Source: an uncultured Bacteroidia bacterium
GTDB lineage: Bacteria > Bacteroidota > Bacteroidia > NS11-12g > UBA955
Direction of reading: 5' to 3'
Length of the DNA stretch: 64,000 nt
NCBI GenBank assembly: GCA_943788195.1
Contig: CALSPH010000002.1
Coordinates: 294,294 to 358,293, forward strand
Shown here: one piece after another, positions 59,072 through 64,000 of the stretch
Layout: each line of letters begins with the position of its first letter
How positions within the stretch are numbered: the first letter of the stretch is position 1
Notes under the pieces: generated by a model
Told to the model about the DNA's origin: nothing
What the model saw: the letters and a program-made list of their open reading frames with translations, nothing else
The model's database searches: none
Made by a program: the position numbers and the translations under genes

Positions 59072-59107
59072 AAAAAAACCATCAGCCAAATAGCTGATGG
59101 TTTTTTT
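59072..59107 (+). terminator. Rho-independent terminator
   Basis: AAAAAAACCATCAGC-loop-GCTGATGGTTTTTTT. Confidence 0.88.
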
Positions 59108-59139
59108 ATGCCCTCATAATTATCCTTACCTTTGTTAGG

Positions 59140-60069
59140 TTGGCAAAACACAATCATACGCATGGAGATAATCATGCTCACAAGCATCATGATCACGCTC
59201 ATGGACATCCTATCGTAAAAAACATGTTTTGGGCGTTTATTATTAATGCCGTATTTACAGTTATTGAGTTTATTGGAGGCATTATGTTTAATTCAACTGC
59301 AATTCTTGCAGATGCCGTTCATGACCTAGGAGATTCAATTGCTCTGGGCTCTACTATTCTTATTGAAAAGAGATCCTATAAAAAGAGAAACAATCAATTT
59401 ACATTTGGCTATAGAAGGCTTTCTGTGCTCTCTGGATTAATAAATGGCATCATACTTCTAACCGGTTCCGTTTTTATGACCACACGTGCTATAGATCGCA
59501 TTATGGCTCCTCAGGATGTAAATAGTGTTGGCATGTTTTGGATGGCAGTACTTGGTGTATTATTTAATGGTGTTGCTGTATTAAGTCTAAAAAGCAAAAA
59601 TAGTGGACTAAACGCTCGTGCCTTGTACTTGCACTTGCTTGAAGACGCCTTGGGCTGGGTGGTAGTACTCATTGGAGCCATAGCTATTTATTTCTTTGAT
59701 CTTCCCATTATCGACCCCATCCTTTCCCTAGGCTTGAGCATATTTATCGCGTATAATGCCATCCGTTTGCTAATCCCAGTGTATCACATTCTAATGGAGT
59801 CAACTCCCAGGAGTTTAAATTTGGATGAACTTGAAGCAAAGATAAACTCAATAGAAGGACTGATTGAAATACATGATGTACATACCTGGAGCTTAGATGG
59901 AGAATACCACATTCTATCTGCTCATGTTACGGTACAAAAAGAATTAAGCGATGATACAATCATTAAATTAAAGAAAACCTTGATTGCAATTTGCAAGGAA
60001 TTCCAAATATTTCACACCACGTTTGAAGTTGAACGCGAAGGAGATGAATGCATGTCGGATTGTGATTAA
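59140..60069 (+). CDS. Cation diffusion facilitator (CzcD/ZitB-like Zn/Co/Cd efflux)
   Basis: His-rich N-terminus, S.AILADAVHDLGD, FTFGYRR, LHLLEDALGW, IHDVHTWSLDG, HTTFEVE. Confidence 0.93.
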   Translation: MAKHNHTHGDNHAHKHHDHAHGHPIVKNMFWAFIINAVFTVIEFIGGIMFNSTAILADAVHDLGDSIALGSTILIEKRSYKKRNNQFTFGYRRLSVLSGLINGIILLTGSVFMTTRAIDRIMAPQDVNSVGMFWMAVLGVLFNGVAVLSLKSKNSGLNARALYLHLLEDALGWVVVLIGAIAIYFFDLPIIDPILSLGLSIFIAYNAIRLLIPVYHILMESTPRSLNLDELEAKINSIEGLIEIHDVHTWSLDGEYHILSAHVTVQKELSDDTIIKLKKTLIAICKEFQIFHTTFEVEREGDECMSDCD

Positions 60070-60075
60070 CCTAAT

Positions 60076-61719
60076 TTAAAACCAGCTTAGTTTGCGTAAA
60101 TCAGCATTCAATCGATAACCCACCGAGATAGAAGTGCCTGTACCAATGTATTTTGATCCAGATCTATGTTGAACTCTTAGGTCAAAAAAGCTTGCATAAC
60201 CTAATCGATAGGAAATAGATATATCCGCCATCAATGCATTGACATTTTGCCCTTGAAATAAATCATTATTAAAATCTTGAACGCGTGTAGAATTAGACCT
60301 GAGTATATTTCCGCCATAATTATTACCTGCAAGACTTGAATCGACACCCTTTCTTACCACACTGAACGAAGCACTGAACATGATCAAATCATCTTTGCGA
60401 AACAACTTTCTGATTTTAGGTACATAATGTATGCGTGTAAATACCTCATGGAAATTTGAACCCAATGGATGCGCCAAACTTTGATTAAAATGAGCATAAT
60501 TACTGCCGGTATTAAAATGACTATAGGTATAAGGTCTTACTCTATTGTACTCACTACTTATACTAAACAGGCCCAATTTTGATTCTGTTTTGGCATACTT
60601 CGCACCTAATTGATAACCATACTTATTAGCCCACCATCCATTTTTCTGGCGCACAAATTTGATATTAAACTCATCCAATACAAATTGACCATAGAAAATC
60701 ATATTAAAATTAGTGTGTTGTTTAAAGTCAATGGCCATCATAACATTATCATTACTCCCTGCATCAATTTCAACGGCTCTAAGAAAAATAATTGGGTTTA
60801 AGTAACTGATATCATACCCAGTTTGCGTACTGTCTACGCGCTGAAACATTACCATTTCTGAAAGGCCAATAAAAGTACCTTTTCCAATCTTGGCAGAAAT
60901 TCGATGCATTGCACCATACTTTGGAGTAAAAAGACTATTCCCTAGCAATGGAGAGTAGTCGGTATATTTCGAGAATATATTCTGATACTCAATTCGTTTA
61001 CCAAATTTGGTGTTTAGTTTTAAGAAAAGATAAGGTGCTGCAAAGTCACTTAATATTAGAGACCTTTCTCCAAAACCAATGAAATTTCGATCATTCCCAA
61101 ATTGAGCGGTTACAAAATCCTTAATTGGGCTAAAGGTTATGTATCCTGTAGCGCCAATATAATCATACCCTTTGTTCTTAAAATTTTTCCACCAAATTTG
61201 CCCAGGTATAACATCGTTTCGATTGCCAAAACTATCAACAAAGCCAGGACCTACCCATTGGTTTTCAGTAATACGACTATAAAAACCTAAACCATACTTC
61301 CCGCCAAGGTTTCCTTTAAACTCCACTCCTCTTGAATTAACAAAGGTTGATTTTGAGCCCGCCTTTCCTCCACTTAAACTTAACACTGGGTTCAAGAAAA
61401 TTTGATACTTCTGACCCTTCTCATAGTATAAATTCCCTCGATTCAGATAAAAAGGCAATTTACGTTTAGCCATACTATCTGGGTTGAAATCTGTTCTTAA
61501 ATTAAGTGCAACAAGTGACGACCCGTCAGGTGCCAAATTAGCAAAATGCTGTTTGTTATGCAGTTTTTTTGCTTCAACATCATAATTGCTATACCATAAC
61601 TCCTGCAATGAACCTGAATTTCTATACCAGCTTTGGGCATATATCCGAGTACCCGACATCAATACTACACAAAGTAGAATCCGAATAAAAATGGTCAATT
61701 TGAGATAATTTGACTGCAC
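60076..61719 (-). CDS. Outer-membrane beta-barrel protein (Wzi/RemB-like)
   Basis: Signal peptide; FG.D.NFIG.G.RSLILSD, YLNPIIFLR, YGQFVLDEF, EYNRVRPYTYSH, LAHPLGSNF.E. Confidence 0.7.
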   Translation of the reverse strand: MQSNYLKLTIFIRILLCVVLMSGTRIYAQSWYRNSGSLQELWYSNYDVEAKKLHNKQHFANLAPDGSSLVALNLRTDFNPDSMAKRKLPFYLNRGNLYYEKGQKYQIFLNPVLSLSGGKAGSKSTFVNSRGVEFKGNLGGKYGLGFYSRITENQWVGPGFVDSFGNRNDVIPGQIWWKNFKNKGYDYIGATGYITFSPIKDFVTAQFGNDRNFIGFGERSLILSDFAAPYLFLKLNTKFGKRIEYQNIFSKYTDYSPLLGNSLFTPKYGAMHRISAKIGKGTFIGLSEMVMFQRVDSTQTGYDISYLNPIIFLRAVEIDAGSNDNVMMAIDFKQHTNFNMIFYGQFVLDEFNIKFVRQKNGWWANKYGYQLGAKYAKTESKLGLFSISSEYNRVRPYTYSHFNTGSNYAHFNQSLAHPLGSNFHEVFTRIHYVPKIRKLFRKDDLIMFSASFSVVRKGVDSSLAGNNYGGNILRSNSTRVQDFNNDLFQGQNVNALMADISISYRLGYASFFDLRVQHRSGSKYIGTGTSISVGYRLNADLRKLSWF

Positions 61720-61771
61720 CTACTGCAAAGTAGGGTTAAAAAATGAAATAAAACAATTAATGGTTGACGTG

Positions 61772-62818
61772 CTACAGAACGAGCAAAGCATCACCGTAAG
61801 TTCTAAACTTATATTTTTCCTTAATTGCCGTTTCGTAAATCTCCATTGCGAAGTCATAACCAGCAAATGCTGCAGTAGCCATCATCAATGTAGATTTTGG
61901 AGCATGGAAATTGGTCAAAAAGCAATTAGGAATTTTAAAATCGTGTGGAGGAAAAATAAACTTATCTGTCCATCCTTCGCCCATATTTAGAGTGCCTATA
62001 GATGAAACGGATGACTCTAGAGCTCTAAGAGCACCAGAACCTACTGCCAAAATTTTTCTTTTATTCTCTTTGGCATCATTCACCAATGTGGAAGTATCCT
62101 GTGGTATAAAGTAATACTCACTGTCCATTTTATGCTTGGTTAAATCTTCAACCTCAACGTCTTTGGTAGTGCCTAAACTTTGATGAAGTGTTACTTCAGT
62201 AAAGTTGATGCCTTTAATATCCAAACGCATCATAAACTCTCTAGAAAAGTGCAAGCCTACTGCAGGTGGCATTACTGCTCCAACTTCTTTAGCAAAGATG
62301 GTTTGATACCATTCGTTATCTTCTTCCTTTAGCTCTCTTTCTAAATACTTCGGTATGGGTGTCTGACCTATTTTGTCCACCACTTTGGTAAATTCTTCCT
62401 CAGACCCATCAAATAAGAACCGAATCGTTCTTCCTCTAGAGGTTGTATTATCCACCACTTCAGCTACCAATTCATCTTCTCCAAAGTAGAGTTTATTTCC
62501 GACACGAATTTTCCTTGCTGGATCAACCAATACATCCCATAATCGGTTTTCTTTATTCAACTCTCGCAACAAGAAAACTTCTATTTGAGCACCGGTTTTT
62601 TCTTTGTTGCCATACATTCTAGCTGGAAATACTTTCGTATTGTTCAACACAAAAACATCCTTATCATTAAATATTTCAAGTAGATCAACGAATTTTTTGT
62701 GCTCAATTTTCCCTGTTTTACTGTCAGCAACCATTAAACGGCAATCATGACGATCTTTGTTTAATCCTTGTGATATTAAGTTTTGGGGTAATTCAAAGCC
62801 GAATTTGGATAATTTCAT
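61772..62818 (-). CDS. queA: QueA-family protein with divergent conserved motifs
   Basis: [37 protein letters not shown]; several family motifs altered (see findings). Confidence 0.85.
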   Translation of the reverse strand: MKLSKFGFELPQNLISQGLNKDRHDCRLMVADSKTGKIEHKKFVDLLEIFNDKDVFVLNNTKVFPARMYGNKEKTGAQIEVFLLRELNKENRLWDVLVDPARKIRVGNKLYFGEDELVAEVVDNTTSRGRTIRFLFDGSEEEFTKVVDKIGQTPIPKYLERELKEEDNEWYQTIFAKEVGAVMPPAVGLHFSREFMMRLDIKGINFTEVTLHQSLGTTKDVEVEDLTKHKMDSEYYFIPQDTSTLVNDAKENKRKILAVGSGALRALESSVSSIGTLNMGEGWTDKFIFPPHDFKIPNCFLTNFHAPKSTLMMATAAFAGYDFAMEIYETAIKEKYKFRTYGDALLVL

Positions 62819-62978
62819 ATAGGAGTAGCGCTAGTTTAAAGCAATTTTTTAAGGAGTGCAAAAGTACTTGTTTATGTCTTGAAACAAAAATAAAATAGCG
62901 TAAAATTCAACCATATAAATATTGCCTCTTATCGATTTTGGGCAATTGCTATAAACAAATTTCCTAATTTGCGCTGAA

Positions 62979-64000
62979 TTGTTCAAATACCATATTGCCT
63001 ATATAAAACTCGCATTTGAGGCTATACTAAGCCACAAATTACGATCAGTACTCTCAGTTCTTGGCATTACCATCGGTATATTTTGCATTATAATGGTTTT
63101 TACTGCCGTAAGTTCATTAGAGAAACACGTCAAAAGCAGTGTAGAAAGCTTTGGCACAGATGTTATTTTCATTCAAAAATGGCCTTGGACCTTTGGGAGT
63201 GATTATCCGTGGTGGAAGTATTACCGAAGACCTTCACCTACATATAAGAACTTTGAATTACTTGAGAAGCAACTAAAAGGAACGGTTATCAAGCATAGTT
63301 CATACGTTACAGGGATAAACAACGTTAAAATTGTAAGCAATAAAATCATTATTGATAATGCAAGTGTAGTTGCATGCACGCATGATTACAGACATGTTCA
63401 AGAGTTTAATTTAGAGAAAGGGAGGTATTTTACAGAATTTGAAAGTGGGACAGGTGGTAACGTTGTAATAATTGGTAACCGTATTGCTGAAAATTTAAGT
63501 TTAGGTGAAAATGATCTGGGTAAACAAATAACGATTAATAAAATTCCAGCCAGATTGATAGGCATTCTTAAGAAGCAAGGAGACAATCTTTTAGGCAAGA
63601 ACAACGATGACTTGGCATTTACACCCTATTTATTCTTAAACAAGAGCTATAACCTCCAAAAAGAAGGCTCAGAACCCAGTATGATGCTTAAAGTGAAGGA
63701 CAACATACCTCTAGATGAAGCAAAGGCCGAAGTAAGAGGGATTCTTCGTACCCTGCTCAAATTAAAAATAAAAAAGGAGGATAATTTTTCGATTAATCAG
63801 ATATCCATGCTGACCGCCAATTTATCTGTACTCTTTAATAGCATTAATATAGCGGGCCTACTTATTGGCATTTTTTCCGTGCTTGTTGGAGGGTTTGGCG
63901 TGGCTAATATTATGTTTGTTTCGGTAAAAGAACGAACCAATCTTATCGGTATACAGAAAGCTTTAGGTGCCAAGCGAAGATTTATTCAAAATCAATTTAT
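62979..64000 (+). CDS. MacB/FtsX-family ABC transporter permease (runs off window)
   Basis: Not in ORF track. From TTG 62979: ..KLRSVLSVLGITIGIFCII..; the same frame ends VGGFGVANIMFVSVKERTNLIGIQKALGAK. Confidence 0.9.
   Translation, partial: MFKYHIAYIKLAFEAILSHKLRSVLSVLGITIGIFCIIMVFTAVSSLEKHVKSSVESFGTDVIFIQKWPWTFGSDYPWWKYYRRPSPTYKNFELLEKQLKGTVIKHSSYVTGINNVKIVSNKIIIDNASVVACTHDYRHVQEFNLEKGRYFTEFESGTGGNVVIIGNRIAENLSLGENDLGKQITINKIPARLIGILKKQGDNLLGKNNDDLAFTPYLFLNKSYNLQKEGSEPSMMLKVKDNIPLDEAKAEVRGILRTLLKLKIKKEDNFSINQISMLTANLSVLFNSINIAGLLIGIFSVLVGGFGVANIMFVSVKERTNLIGIQKALGAKRRFIQNQF

Noticed and set aside
1-64000. CRISPR array, tRNA/rRNA, prophage, and the many 60-130 aa ORFs nested in larger genes
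   Set aside because: No regularly spaced repeat-spacer array, cloverleaf, rRNA or phage gene was seen by eye; the nested ORFs overlap well-supported CDS and lack motifs.

Overview
Core-chromosome segment of a Bacteroidota bacterium. The assignment rests on gliding/T9SS genes (gldB, gldD, gldE, PorP/SprF- and PorT-like barrels, three T9SS C-terminal-domain cargo genes), the mutY-ssb-gldE-gldD and HU-TPR-bS22-rng gene order, and TAnnTTTG -7 promoter boxes. It holds about 55 CDS, mostly housekeeping (rnhB, miaA, holA, sua5, nadE, lpxB, surE, ruvB, queG, argS, mutY, ssb, rng, queA), plus the RNase P RNA and one complete IS4-family element (17-bp IRs, 9-bp TSD) that interrupts a lipoprotein gene. 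Most notable: a stand-alone, membrane-anchored 12-heme cytochrome c; a QueA whose conserved family motifs are systematically altered; an unannotated ~150-nt promoter-to-terminator transcript with internal repeats upstream of argS; a TonB receptor paired with a T9SS esterase-fold protein lacking the catalytic Ser; twin Omp28-like lipoproteins with near-identical signal peptides; and several genes that may start leaderless, some at ATC/ATT. No CRISPR array, tRNA or rRNA was seen. All calls come from reading motifs by eye; no database searches were run.
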